A DNA stretch of 60,477 nt, the filler included, from Hausera hauseri (taxonomy: Eukaryota), in the NCBI GenBank assembly GCA_046269625.1. It is 11 parts of 11 records of this genome, joined end to end, with 100 filler letters (N's around TTAATTAATTAA, not from the genome) between each part and the next. Parts side by side here need not be neighbours in the genome. Positions count along the whole stretch, not along the records: positions 37,974 to 41,922 come from JBJURY010865297.1; positions 42,023 to 47,594 come from JBJURY010228185.1; positions 47,695 to 51,675 come from JBJURY010841857.1; 8 more parts are not named here. One strand, given 5' to 3'. This document shows positions 38,340 to 49,640 of the stretch, piece after piece; position 1 is the first letter of the stretch, and each line of letters starts with the position of its first letter. The notes below the pieces were generated by a model, which saw only the letters and a program-made list of their open reading frames with translations, did no database searches and was not told the DNA's origin. The translations under genes were made by a program, and so were the position numbers.

Positions 38340-39420
38340 GGGGAGGGATAATCGATAAAATGAATATTGCACATGTACCAATCTATACTGCACATGCAGC
38401 ACTATCGATCGGTAATGTGCTAAGCACATTTTTATACATTTCACAAATCGACTCCTGCACATTGCACAAGTGATCGAATCGATCGGGACAAAGAGCTAGT
38501 CGATAGTGCACATTAGTGCACATCGATTGGTGCACATTGCAGGTGCACTTCACATGTGCAAGTGTGCAAAAATCAATAATATCGGATGCAATCGAGTGCA
38601 CATACGATGCACTATGTGAATGTGCAATTAGAATTTAAATCGATCGAATGGTTTTCGAATAAATACCAACTGAGGGAGAACATGCATAGGCCTCTCCGGT
38701 ATAAAATAAAAATCGATAAAATCGATACTGGACATATACTGATCGGTAGTGCACCTGGTGCACATGTGCAAGTGTGCAAGAATCAATAACATTAGTTTTC
38801 CGATATTTCCAATATGGATGATTATCACGCGACCGGGTGTGTTTGAACACAAATACGATGCACTATACGAATATGCAATTAGAATTTAAATCTGTCGATT
38901 GATTTTTGAATAATATCGACCAAAAGTGCAACTGGGGAAGAATGCCCATAGGTTTTATTTGCCCTAAGAAAACAAAATTCGATATTACATTTAGCGGGGA
39001 CAGATAGGAAACCGAGTATGTAGATCTCGAATATCGAGTCGAATATTCGAAATTCGAACATTTTTTGGCTCGAATATCAAACTTTTCGAAAAATCTAACA
39101 ACGGCATTCTATTTCCCATGTCCGAAAACCCCTTGACGCATTAAAGTTATGCCATAAAAATGTGCTATATAGATATAAAATCAATAACTCGAATTAAGCA
39201 AAATGTGCATTTCAAGCTCAATGAAGCTGAAATCGATAAATCTTTAAGCGGGGCTGGATAGGAAGCCATATATGGCGAATATGACATCATATATTCGAAT
39301 TCGAGCTTTCAAGTCGAATATTTAGCCATTCGAACTCGAAAACTCGGTCAAGCATGCATTTTTCGAAGAATCTGATGACGTTATTCGATTTCCCATGCGC
39401 GAAAACCTATAAGCAAATCG
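38340..39420. repeat. Degenerate ~210-260 bp tandem duplications rich in TGCA/TCGA palindromes upstream of polB family B
   Basis: tacgatgcactat..gcaattagaatttaaatc twice (about 38600, 38855); cacatgtgcaagtgtgcaa.aatcaataa twice; agcgggg..gatagga..tttcccatg..gaaaacc twice. Confidence 0.8.
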
Positions 39421-39660
39421 AAATTGGCGCTGACATGCATTTAATCTATTTGATGCATTAAAACAAAGTGTTCTAGAATGTTCAAGAAATGAACGAACTT
39501 CAATAAATTCAAAATTTAAAAAATATATAAACGAGGCAGTGTGCGTTGATAGAGTTATACATTTCATTATTTCAGAAATCAGTTTCAAGAATGGTGAGTT
39601 TTTATTTGTGCTCGTCAAATAATTGGTTGATTTTGGATTTGCAAACTCTAGAAACAGTGC

Positions 39661-41922
39661 TTGGCTCAAATCCATGAGCCTGAAAATTGTAACAATATTA
39701 TGAAGAAATATTTCAGCCATCTTTACAACAGGACTGAGTATTATATGTGCAATACATGTGAGGTAGTGTGCCAAACGAATTATGAGGACTTTTACAATGC
39801 CAATAAGCATCACCTGATTTTATTCACCAAGTCGAAAAAACAGATATTCAATACGAATATGCCAATAATGACTTTCACGCCTAAGCAAAATCAAGGACTC
39901 AGTTTATACGTGCAATTCAACCCTCAGAACTGTCATAATACCATGAGGATATACTATGGATACAAATGCAAGTGGGTCCTGTATTATATTTGTCCAGGAT
40001 GTGAGGCTGTATGTGATAGAGAATACATGCAGTTTTATGAAGATCATATTGCACATTGGACAGATTTCACGTCAAAGTCAAAGAAGGCCATCTTTATTCA
40101 GCAACATAATCTTGATGCATCTGCTTCGCAATATTCTGCTCCACATTATGCTGATGGATCTGCTGCTGCAGCTGCGAAGCATATTAGGGAATTTAAACGC
40201 GCAGCCGCATCAGGTGCAGCCACATCAGACGCAGCGGCTCCACAAAAAAGTCATAGACAGCGGCAAGTTGATGCTGCAGAATTAAAGAGCAAATGCCGCA
40301 GATATGTTATTGATGCAACTGGCCAAACAACCCTCCAAGAGTTCCTCTTATACACAAAGGAAGAAAAAGAGTGAATTTTTTAGGACAACATGGCGAAGCT
40401 CAAAGCTCTTAAAGTGAACATGAAACTGGAGGCCACATACATCAATGTTGATGGCAAAGAATGCAATAGGGCCTTCAAGACCAAAAATAGTCCAATATTG
40501 GCTGCAGAATGGAACACAGAATGGCTGCATGTGGAACACAGGAAGCTGATCCACGAGGCTGAGGAGAGCCAGGATAAGAAGAGCGGCTGGACTCTGTCGG
40601 CCATACAAAGAGTTCGTGTGCATGTGCACAAGTATTCCCCCATGCGGAGCAGTTCCTATATTCAGTTCCCTGAATGGATTCGGCAAAAAAGCGCATGCAT
40701 TAATGTCCATAATAGCTATAACAAGTTCTTCAAGTATGCCATTCTATGTAAACTCATACGGGATCACATAATGCTTCACGAGTTTGTCTATGTAAGGATG
40801 TGAAGCACAACTATGACTTCCAATATATTAATTTCCCACCATCCATAGACGAAGTCAAAAAATTCGGGAAACTCAACAAAAATTCTATCCACTGCAAATA
40901 TGTGATGTTGAATTGGAAGATCATAGCGGTCCGCTCCTACTAGACGATGGAGAAAAGAAACATTATGTTTGGATCAAGAACTTTGAGCGTCTAGTCAGAT
41001 ATCAAATTACGAAACACACAACAAGAATTGAAATATGCAAACGATGCCTGTCCCATTTTAGTGGTGATGCAGCAGTGGACAAGCTTGCAGAGCACAAAAT
41101 GTATTGCAACAATAATTATTGTATCAGGCCAGAATTTCCCAAGTAGGATTACATTGACTTCAAGGAGTTCGAGAAGAAGATCAAGGTCCCAATAGTCATC
41201 TATTGAGACTGAGGCTATTCTCAGGCCAGTTCAGAGCTGCAGTCCTAATCCACAACATAGCAGCACAACGGCATACCAATATCATGAACTCTCATCATAT
41301 TGTATGTATGCCAAAGGATTGGACAGTGAACCATATCTATTCAGTGATCCAGGCGCAGCAGCTCATTTCATGAAGGGACTTGAAGGCATGGCTCACAGGA
41401 TTGGAGATATGCTGCAGCAGCATAAGGATACAATGAGCATGTCGAAGATGCAGGAAGAAGAATGGCGCAAGGCAACAGCATGTTACTTGTGCTCAAAACC
41501 ATTCACTAAGGATAATTATAAAGTCAGGGATCACTGTCATTTTACAGGCACATATCGAGGCGCGGCATGCAACAACTGAAATCTACGTTGCAGAACATGT
41601 ACATTTGTGCCTGTAGTGTTCCACAACATCAGTGGCTATGATTCCCACTTCATTGTTCGGGAGCTGGGAAACATTGTAGTAAACATTGATGTGATTCCCA
41701 ATAGTAAGGAGAAGTACATCACCGTTACAAAACATTTTGAGAAAATCAGTCTCCGCTTCGTAGACAGTTTACGTCTCATGTCGTGTTTACTTGACAGTTT
41801 AGTGAATAACCTCCCTACAAAAGAACTTAAGTAGACAAAGCGGTTCTTCCCCACTTCATTTGACCTCGTCAAGAGGAAAGGCGTGTTTCCCTATGACTAT
41901 ATAACATCATTGGAAATATTGG
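39661..41922 (+). mobile_element. polB: Protein-primed PolB family B, 5' part, decayed
   Basis: KSGWTLSAI, MRSSSYIQFPEWI, HYVWIKNFERL, CYLCSKPF..VRDHCHFTGTYRGAAC, PVVFHNISGYDSHF, KGVFPYDY. Homologous to 31100-33340. Confidence 0.88.
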
Positions 41923-42022
41923 NNNNNNNNNNNNNNNNNNNNNNNNNNNNNNNNNNNNNNNNNNNNTTAATTAATTAANNNNNNNNNNNNNNNNNNNNNN
42001 NNNNNNNNNNNNNNNNNNNNNN

Positions 42023-45000
42023 TGCCAAACTAACTGATTGCTAACAACAGCATATCATCCTCAATGCAATGGTAAAGTCGAAAGATTGAACTATACCGTG
42101 CAATGTATATTATCAGCTATGATAGACAAGACGCAAAAAGATTGGGACATCCACTTAAAAGTTGTGCAGTTTGCAATAGCAACCACACCTACTAGCTCAT
42201 CAGGATATACACCATTCAAATTAATGTATGATAGAAATCCATTGCTGCCAATGGACATCCAATTATCACCAGAAAAGAAAATACCTGAAGATTAGTCTGA
42301 TGAAGAAATACACGAAAGCGTTGCAAACAGTTTAGCAAATTGTTGGGAAAAAGCTAAACAAGCCATCAAACAATATAAACAAGAATATCAAGAGTACTAT
42401 AATAAAAAAGCTAAACCTCATAAATTCCAATCAGGTGATAAAGTAATGGTACATTACCCAGTAGCGAAACCAGGAAAATCATTGAAACTAACCCGCACAT
42501 TTAGGAGACCCTACTTGGTAGTAAAGCTCACACCTGAGAACATATTTATTGAAAAGGGCACTGGTAAAAAGACCAGAATTAAATGTATATTAGCCCAAAG
42601 AGTTACAAAAGGACCCAAAGATCCAAAAGTTAAAGAAGAACCTCAATACTCATTGCGATCATCGAAACAATTAGTTTTAAACCAGCTTGTAATTTAGAGC
42701 CGTTATTCCTTATAATCATGATTTTTGGCCTAATACTATCAACCACGGCACAAACCTTGGAAACAGACCCTATAAGTAAAAACTTAGAATTACGAGCAAA
42801 ATTGCCTGGCAAAATTCATTGGAATCAGTAAATGGACTATTCGTAGGAGAATCAAAGTACAAAGAAATCACTCAACTAATCTTACCACCAGAAATTAATG
42901 ATGCGATTTGGTTATCAACTAAACGTTGCTCAATCCCATTATTAAATGAGATCTGTCTTGTAGACCTTTACTTTCTAACAACTGAAATGTTATTGAAACC
43001 CAAACAGAAAATCCTGCCAATAGCAAGACAGGTATACGTAGAAAAAATTGGCCCTACCTTTTTCTTTACACAAGAAAAGGACAATGAACCAAAACTAATA
43101 GACAAGGTCATGATAAAAAGACCGACCTTAACTAATGATGTTGATTTACAAATAACATTATTTCCCAAGATTATTCAAACACAAGTTTGGCGAAAAAGCC
43201 TTAAACCTCCATATTCATATGCCATTACTGCAATTCTTTAAAATGAGACAAGAAATAATATCAACTATGACCACCTTATCTCCAACTAGTAATAACCCAA
43301 TTACTATATTCAACCTGAATAAAATACCCAATGTTACCATGATAGCAACAGACTCGTATATTGAGTTTAAAGTCTTTCAATTACTAGACTATCCTATTTC
43401 CATAACTTGTGTAGGAAAATATCATATCATATACGCCACCATAAAAAGCACGAAAGAATAACTAGATGCAGTGACCTTCAGCCTGACGAAGAGTATCTAA
43501 TCGTTTTCACTCAACACCATGCTGTAACAAGACATCGAACAATTAGAACTCAAACGAGAACTATAAAAAATTTAGCGCTTGAAGAATTTCTAATCTATAC
43601 AACCATACATCTAGTAACTAGTCCCACCACTCAAACCAATATGTTGAAAATCTTAGTACCCTCCATAATAATAGTATTCCTTCTACTGTCCATATCCACG
43701 CCGTTCGTAATAATGGAACTAAAAAGACTTTCTAAAAAACGAACCACTATGAATAAAACTTTCTTACTATCAACCAATCTAATATGTTTAGTAGGTTATA
43801 GTATGGAGTGGATAGTCGACGTTGAGGAATATAAAAAATTCAACCTAAACTATAAATATCCAAAAATACAAACAAAACAGTTGTATAAATTAGCACACCT
43901 TCAAAAATCAAAAAGCTTATACACACATAATTATATAACACATCAAAAACCAATAAAACTTGACTACAGAAAGTCGAGTACCACACATATTCAAAGACTA
44001 TATGAAGCTAATCACACCGTTCAGATTTCTTTTCAACAACAACAAAGTATGGAAACAAATTATTTTGACCTGGACTTGGATTTCTCAGCAGATAACAGTA
44101 TCAGCTCCGATGACTCAACCGAAACAGTAATCATCAACCCCAAACGAAGGGTCATTTTACCAGAAGAGGAACTAACAACAGTTCCCCAATCTGCAGATCA
44201 ATCGACAAATAATATATCAAATTTTACCTTTCGCAACCCATTACAAAGTGGAATTTCCAGAGGAATCCTAGCATCATCAAGTAATAAAAGAAATTGTCTA
44301 AGTTGGGATCCACCACGAAAATTTACTGCAGAAATCAGACGTAAATCCTTTACAATGGACGATCTAACACAACAAAAGAAATCGAAACTCTATGATCAAT
44401 TGGTAGAAAACGTCGAACAACTGGAACGAGATAGAATAGACAAAAGACCCTGGAATGAATTATATAACAAATTCGTTAAAATCTATCAACCAGAGAGGAA
44501 CATTTTTCCTTCCAAGTTCTATGCTCGATTTCAAGAACTAGCTGAAACATCTTCAGACATCTTTTATCCAGAATGTCGCTATATTGATAACACACTCAAA
44601 AACACAACAATTAATGAAAGATCATTCAGGATACTGCGTATTGAAACCCCTTCAATGAATATAAACCTCAAATCTATGTTGCATATAGACCAACAATTTG
44701 ATAAAGTCCTATGGCATGTAGCCCAAGGAAAACTACAATTCAAAGCAGATGCTGATATGTATGACGAATTAAGATTACAGAACTCATTGCTAACGTCCAA
44801 AATGACAATGAGTATCAAGGCTCCATCTTTCCAAACAAAAATACTAATGCGAATATTATTAACACCAGTAATCATAGGAGTCAAAATTTGTCAACTTTTG
44901 GATATCCACCTAGGTCTCCAGCCTCCAATATTCTATCAAACGCCCAAAGAATTGAATATGTGCAACTATCGGCTAACCAAAGCCAATAACTTTCGATACC

Positions 45001-46366
45001 TAGCTGTCTCGCTAGCTTACGCACCAAACGGTGATCCTATTCCCATAGAAGTAATTATAGCAGACAAAGCTAAATTGGTTATATTTCATGCATTCATTAA
45101 TCCACGAAGAAAAGTGGCGAATACCAACGAGAATCACCGTGGACTGTCAATGGCTTTAATTCAACAAGCCAAAGATGAAAAAATAGTCCGATCAGAGGTT
45201 ATCAAGTATTTATATGGATATATCGTAATTAGTGCTAACACCAGCACAATATTGAAGGTACTTCGTATACCTTCCACCTTTGCCTATGGTATGATGGATA
45301 TATTATCTACACCAAATACTAAAGCCCGCTTTGCCGAGGCTAAAATGAAACCAAACCTGACACAATTACCAAAGATGTATAATCTAATATACGAATTTCC
45401 AAAAGCTGCTGAACCTATCTTACAGTCCATTATCGAAATACATAACCAGCTGTTAGAAAACTGCACAAATGAATAATGGGAATGGAATTGGATCCCTCCA
45501 GATAACAACCTAATCAGTGACGAAGGATTTATGAAAATACCAAAACAATACCATAAAGACTATCAATATGAAGAATTACAGAAAGTAGATGAAGCTAACC
45601 AAAGCTCAACCTGTGAAAATCTAATACAACAAATGAAATGTAATACAATGAAATTGCTACAAAAAGCAATAAGTAAAAAAATTCTTATTCAATAGAACTA
45701 TCAATATTGTTATATGGACAAACACAACAAATCATTAATGCCCAGTTCATGCAAAAACATCTAACGGTTATAAACCAACATAGACAAATCCAGCCTAACC
45801 CCAGGCTCGGATCAATAGTTGAAATAGTGTATAAACACTCCACGAATAATACACTACATTTAGCGATAGTTGGGGCCCAACTTGAGACTATTAAAAGTCT
45901 TGACCACGAACCGGTATTGATAAATCAACCAATACCTATGCAGTTGGACCTAATTCCCACCCCTAAACCAAGGGGTACAAAGATCATCAAGTTGCAAGGA
46001 ACCTCCAGAGAAAAACTGAAGATGTTTTTGTATCAAAAAGAAGGCCGATTCCTATTGGAAAACGTTTACAACATTGAGGAGATAGTTCAAAACGAAGAAG
46101 AAATGACTAAAGACAGTATACCAATTCAATTTTGATATACCATTTTCTTTGTGTTTTTTACTGTATAATTCTCTCTATCTTTTATGTTTTATTGTATCTT
46201 ACATTTGTATTGACATTGTCGTAACTTTATTGACATTTTGTTTCTCTTTATGTCATATATATTATCACATTCTTAAAGTTTCTTTTATATACTGTCTTTG
46301 CTGATTTTTTCGAATAACCCAATAAAAACTAATTTTGTAACCAAAATTTTTTAAAAGGGGTAGAAA
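42023..46366 (+). mobile_element. 3' part of a Ty3/gypsy element: IN, then ~3.4 kb extra coding region (signal, FN3-like, TM, DEDDh-like), then PPT
   Basis: TAYHPQCNGKVERLN, GYTPFKLMY; post-IN region similar to 51776-52900; PPT aaaaggggtagaaa at 46353-46366. Confidence 0.85.
43407..45476 (+). CDS. 689-aa open stretch of the post-integrase ORF: FN3-like end, TM (43650-43715), cytosolic region, REX4/ISG20-like exonuclease fold (44991-45450)
   Basis: CSDLQPDEEYLIVF; ILVPSIIIVFLLLSISTPFVIM; VIFHAFINPRRKV....RGLS..LIQQAKDEKIVRSEVIKYLYGYIVISAN..ILKVL. Confidence 0.65.
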   Translation: MCRKISYHIRHHKKHERITRCSDLQPDEEYLIVFTQHHAVTRHRTIRTQTRTIKNLALEEFLIYTTIHLVTSPTTQTNMLKILVPSIIIVFLLLSISTPFVIMELKRLSKKRTTMNKTFLLSTNLICLVGYSMEWIVDVEEYKKFNLNYKYPKIQTKQLYKLAHLQKSKSLYTHNYITHQKPIKLDYRKSSTTHIQRLYEANHTVQISFQQQQSMETNYFDLDLDFSADNSISSDDSTETVIINPKRRVILPEEELTTVPQSADQSTNNISNFTFRNPLQSGISRGILASSSNKRNCLSWDPPRKFTAEIRRKSFTMDDLTQQKKSKLYDQLVENVEQLERDRIDKRPWNELYNKFVKIYQPERNIFPSKFYARFQELAETSSDIFYPECRYIDNTLKNTTINERSFRILRIETPSMNINLKSMLHIDQQFDKVLWHVAQGKLQFKADADMYDELRLQNSLLTSKMTMSIKAPSFQTKILMRILLTPVIIGVKICQLLDIHLGLQPPIFYQTPKELNMCNYRLTKANNFRYLAVSLAYAPNGDPIPIEVIIADKAKLVIFHAFINPRRKVANTNENHRGLSMALIQQAKDEKIVRSEVIKYLYGYIVISANTSTILKVLRIPSTFAYGMMDILSTPNTKARFAEAKMKPNLTQLPKMYNLIYEFPKAAEPILQSIIEIHNQLLENCTNE

Positions 46367-47310
46367 TGTGAGAGAATGATAGAAAAACCTTAGGAATGTT
46401 TTATTTCTTATTTATTATTTAAAAAAAACTTAGGAATTAAATACAATAATTAGTGTCCAATAAATTATGCACTTTAAAGTCTCATTTAGTTGATACACTT
46501 GTAAGTAACGAGACAGTATAGACTCATAAATGTTGTATGTTAGCATAAGCCAAACTGTCAGAGTCCAGTAACCAGCGTACTATGCTGCATGATATGTTGG
46601 AGAGCATAGCGTCAGAATTTGGTGACTAACGTACTGCAGTATGGCTAGAAGGTATTCACATGCATCGTTGGTCAAGCAAAGTGATACCACACAATATATG
46701 TTTATCATGGATTCATCAAAAATTAATACCACATAATTTAGTGTCGAAAAATAGTACTAATATACAGGGTAGTAAAAGTAGGTAACTAAACCAAAAATGA
46801 AAACTACACAAAGTATAGTTTATCAAACGAAAAACAATATAAAACCACGCAATTTAGGATCTTTACAAATCTTTTAAATAAACACAAAACAAAACCCCGC
46901 AAATTAAATAGGATATATATACTTAGCTTGAAACTTATTTAATCGCACAAAAATTGATGTCAAAATAATAATTTTTGGCCATTGTACTGTGCCGTTTAAT
47001 TCGGATACAAAGCTACAATCATTCCTATTCAAATTCACTTTTGTTCGGCAGAATCAGCAAGACGGTTTTTTTTCTTTGTAACACTGCTTGCTGTGGTTTC
47101 AATCCAAATAAATTCTGGTATTCGTTCAATTATTTGATTTTGAAGGAATCCTACGGAGATTTTGTAAGTATTTTAATAATCTATTTACGTGTTCATTTAT
47201 TTATCTTCTTCGTGAATAAATAAATTCGTTCCCATTAATTAAGAGCGACAGCAGCCGAACTACTAGTAGGCCAAGCTATTATACACAAAGTAATTAAAAT
47301 ATTACAATAG
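46367..47310 (+). repeat. Probable 3' LTR (starts TGTGAG after the PPT; right end uncertain)
   Basis: TG directly follows the PPT; non-coding with AATAAA signals. No second copy in the window to confirm. Confidence 0.5.
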
Positions 47311-47694
47311 TAAATAATTCTCTCTTGATTGAAATCCTTTCACTAGAGTGTTTTAAAAATCCTTATACAAGGGATCTCAACAAGGAAAAACAATCAAAGT
47401 TTCATTAACCATTTATGAAAAATTTTCTAAGAAATTTAAAAAACAGAATTGAATATTTAATTTGGATTATTGAAGAAAGATTAGAATTTTTCTTCGCAAG
47501 AAAAGCCATTGATAAGGAGATAAAACATCAACAAAAGTTAAATCAGCAACAAAGCTTTTAATAAGAGACAAGAATCCAAATTTTAACTTTTGCANNNNNN
47601 NNNNNNNNNNNNNNNNNNNNNNNNNNNNNNNNNNNNNNTTAATTAATTAANNNNNNNNNNNNNNNNNNNNNNNNNNNNNNNNNNNNNNNNNNNN

Positions 47695-47772
<78 letters not shown>

Positions 47773-47786
47773 AGAAGAAGAAGAAA
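47695..47786. repeat. (AG)n then (AAG)n microsatellite
   Basis: Directly visible at the contig start. Confidence 0.98.
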
Positions 47787-48110
47787 GTGCGAGATCGCGG
47801 CCGTAGCTGAAGACACGAGTACAGAATGCCGTTCCAGAGGCGATGTGATGCTAATGAAGAATACAATGAACTCCATAAAATTTTGTTCCATAAAAATCGT
47901 TCAGGCTATATTGCCCTGGAACAATACATATATTGTTATGTGTGCTCACGTAAATAGTTTGTCCTCATCAGTCGTTTTACGTTGGCCCTGCAGGAAACGA
48001 CACATCGATATTTCACTGTCTTTTATTTTGTAGTATTTGAGGCTTTGGTGCACACTATATCATCGCTGTCACCCACACGTATTCAACCAGTTTTGTATTT
48101 TGTTTATACA

Positions 48111-48305
48111 AAGTTTGCGGGTTGACCTTCGTTCATTAAACATCTGACTAGTTTGGTGGGTTGGTCGATGTTCGTTAAACACCAAACAAACTTAACGGGC
48201 GGATCGATAATCATTAAACACCCAGCAAGTTTGATGGGTTGGCCGATGTTCGTGAAACATCTAACAAACTTGGCGGGTTGGCCGGCGTTTGTTAAATAAA
48301 TTGTA
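48111..48305. repeat. Minisatellite, five diverged 39-bp units
   Basis: a.gttt..gggttg.c..tgttc.ttaaaca.. at a 39-nt period. Confidence 0.9.
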
Positions 48306-48534
48306 AAGTTTTCAATGAAGTAACCGATAATAAATGGTGGCTTGTGATGAGGAAGTTTAAACTGACTTCCATTCTCAGTGAAGTAAAAACACTTAAATCG
48401 TGGATGCATATAACTAACACAACGTTAGGACTACATAATCTTCTAGCGAAACGACGAGTGGAAAGATGATGTGGGTGTCACTACATATGGCCGCTTTACA
48501 ATATGCAGAGACACTATAATTGGTAGCTATTCAT

Positions 48535-48870
48535 TCCTGAATTTGAACTCCCGACATTCACTTTGATAGACCAAATGCCTAACCACTGTGTCTAAGCTGC
48601 GACTGTCAGGTAAAGGCAGCCATTCATGCCTAAAGAAGTATAAGGGAATGTAGTGTTAGAGTCCATATTTTACCTGACCAACGGCAAATATTTCAACTAA
48701 TTGGTCAGATGGTATTTATTTTTTGGGAGAATTTCTCCGCTCTCCATTCTCTCGAGGATGAGTGGACCCAGGAACCGTTTGGTACTAAGAAATAAATTCA
48801 GGCCACCAAAGCGGGGAATCGAACGCACGAGCCTGCAATTGGCAAGTGAGCGCACTATCCATAACACCAA
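48535..48870 (-). mobile_element. Two tRNA-derived SINE-like heads (48535-48600, 48801-48870)
   Basis: Minus strand AGTGGTTAGG..GAGTTCAAATT and GGATAGTG..CTTGCCAAT..GTTCGATTCCC. Confidence 0.45.
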
Positions 48871-49269
48871 AGATATAGTTAGTAATGATAATAGACAATC
48901 TTATGCCTGCCTATTAAGAGTCAGTTGATGATAATGAAAGCAAGGACAGTAAATAATCTGCCACAACTAGTCTTCTATTATATCGTTTGTAAGTTTGTAA
49001 GAGAGCATACCGTAGATATAGTTATAAAAACGCGAGCCTGTATTAGGGTTTGCTTATTATGAATATTTTAGACCGATTTAAGCAATCAAATATGAAACGT
49101 TATTACAGCAAATGTTCTCGTTTACCGCAAGCATCTCACAGAATCTAGGAAGCGAAACCTTTCCTTCCGTTAAGCCTGAATTTCAAAATTGGCTGGTGTC
49201 GATTTGAGGGCACCTCTTCCTCCCACACTGTAAATAAGGAAATGATGTTTCCGGCCACCATTATCGATC

Positions 49270-49640
49270 ACTTTTGTTGCTGTGTCCTTTCACGCTTCCT
49301 AAAGACGTCCGCTCATACCTTAAAAGGTCCAGTATGATGCTATCCATGGCAAGAAGTTCTGTGTCTTTCTCATCACGTGCGATATCCAACGCCGTCTTCT
49401 TCCCTCGATTACTAATTATAATGTCTTCCGTTCTGTTTCTTTTAACAGATCCTGCTTTTTTTGGACAAAATATTCGTTTGATCCTTCCCAGGCACTTTGT
49501 AAAGTTTTAACTTGTGATTCCATGCAGTCGAACACTCAGAACTTTGCTCTTAAATATCCTGATTTTAGCACCGTGATCTTGGCTTTCTCATTCTAAATTG
49601 TGGTTTTAAAAATCGTAATGCAGCGAAATTGAATGCGAGC
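49270..49640 (-). mobile_element. Degenerate RTE-clade LINE RT C-terminal fragment
   Basis: KIRIFKSKVLSVRLHG, TKCLGRIKRIFCP, RRRRWISHVMRK..SYWT resemble RTE ORF2 ends. Confidence 0.55.

Noticed and set aside
47639-47891. SLSLSL ORFs
   Set aside because: Translation of the (AG)n microsatellite.
48111-48305. CRISPR array
   Set aside because: Contiguous diverged units with no unique spacers, no cas genes, eukaryotic context.
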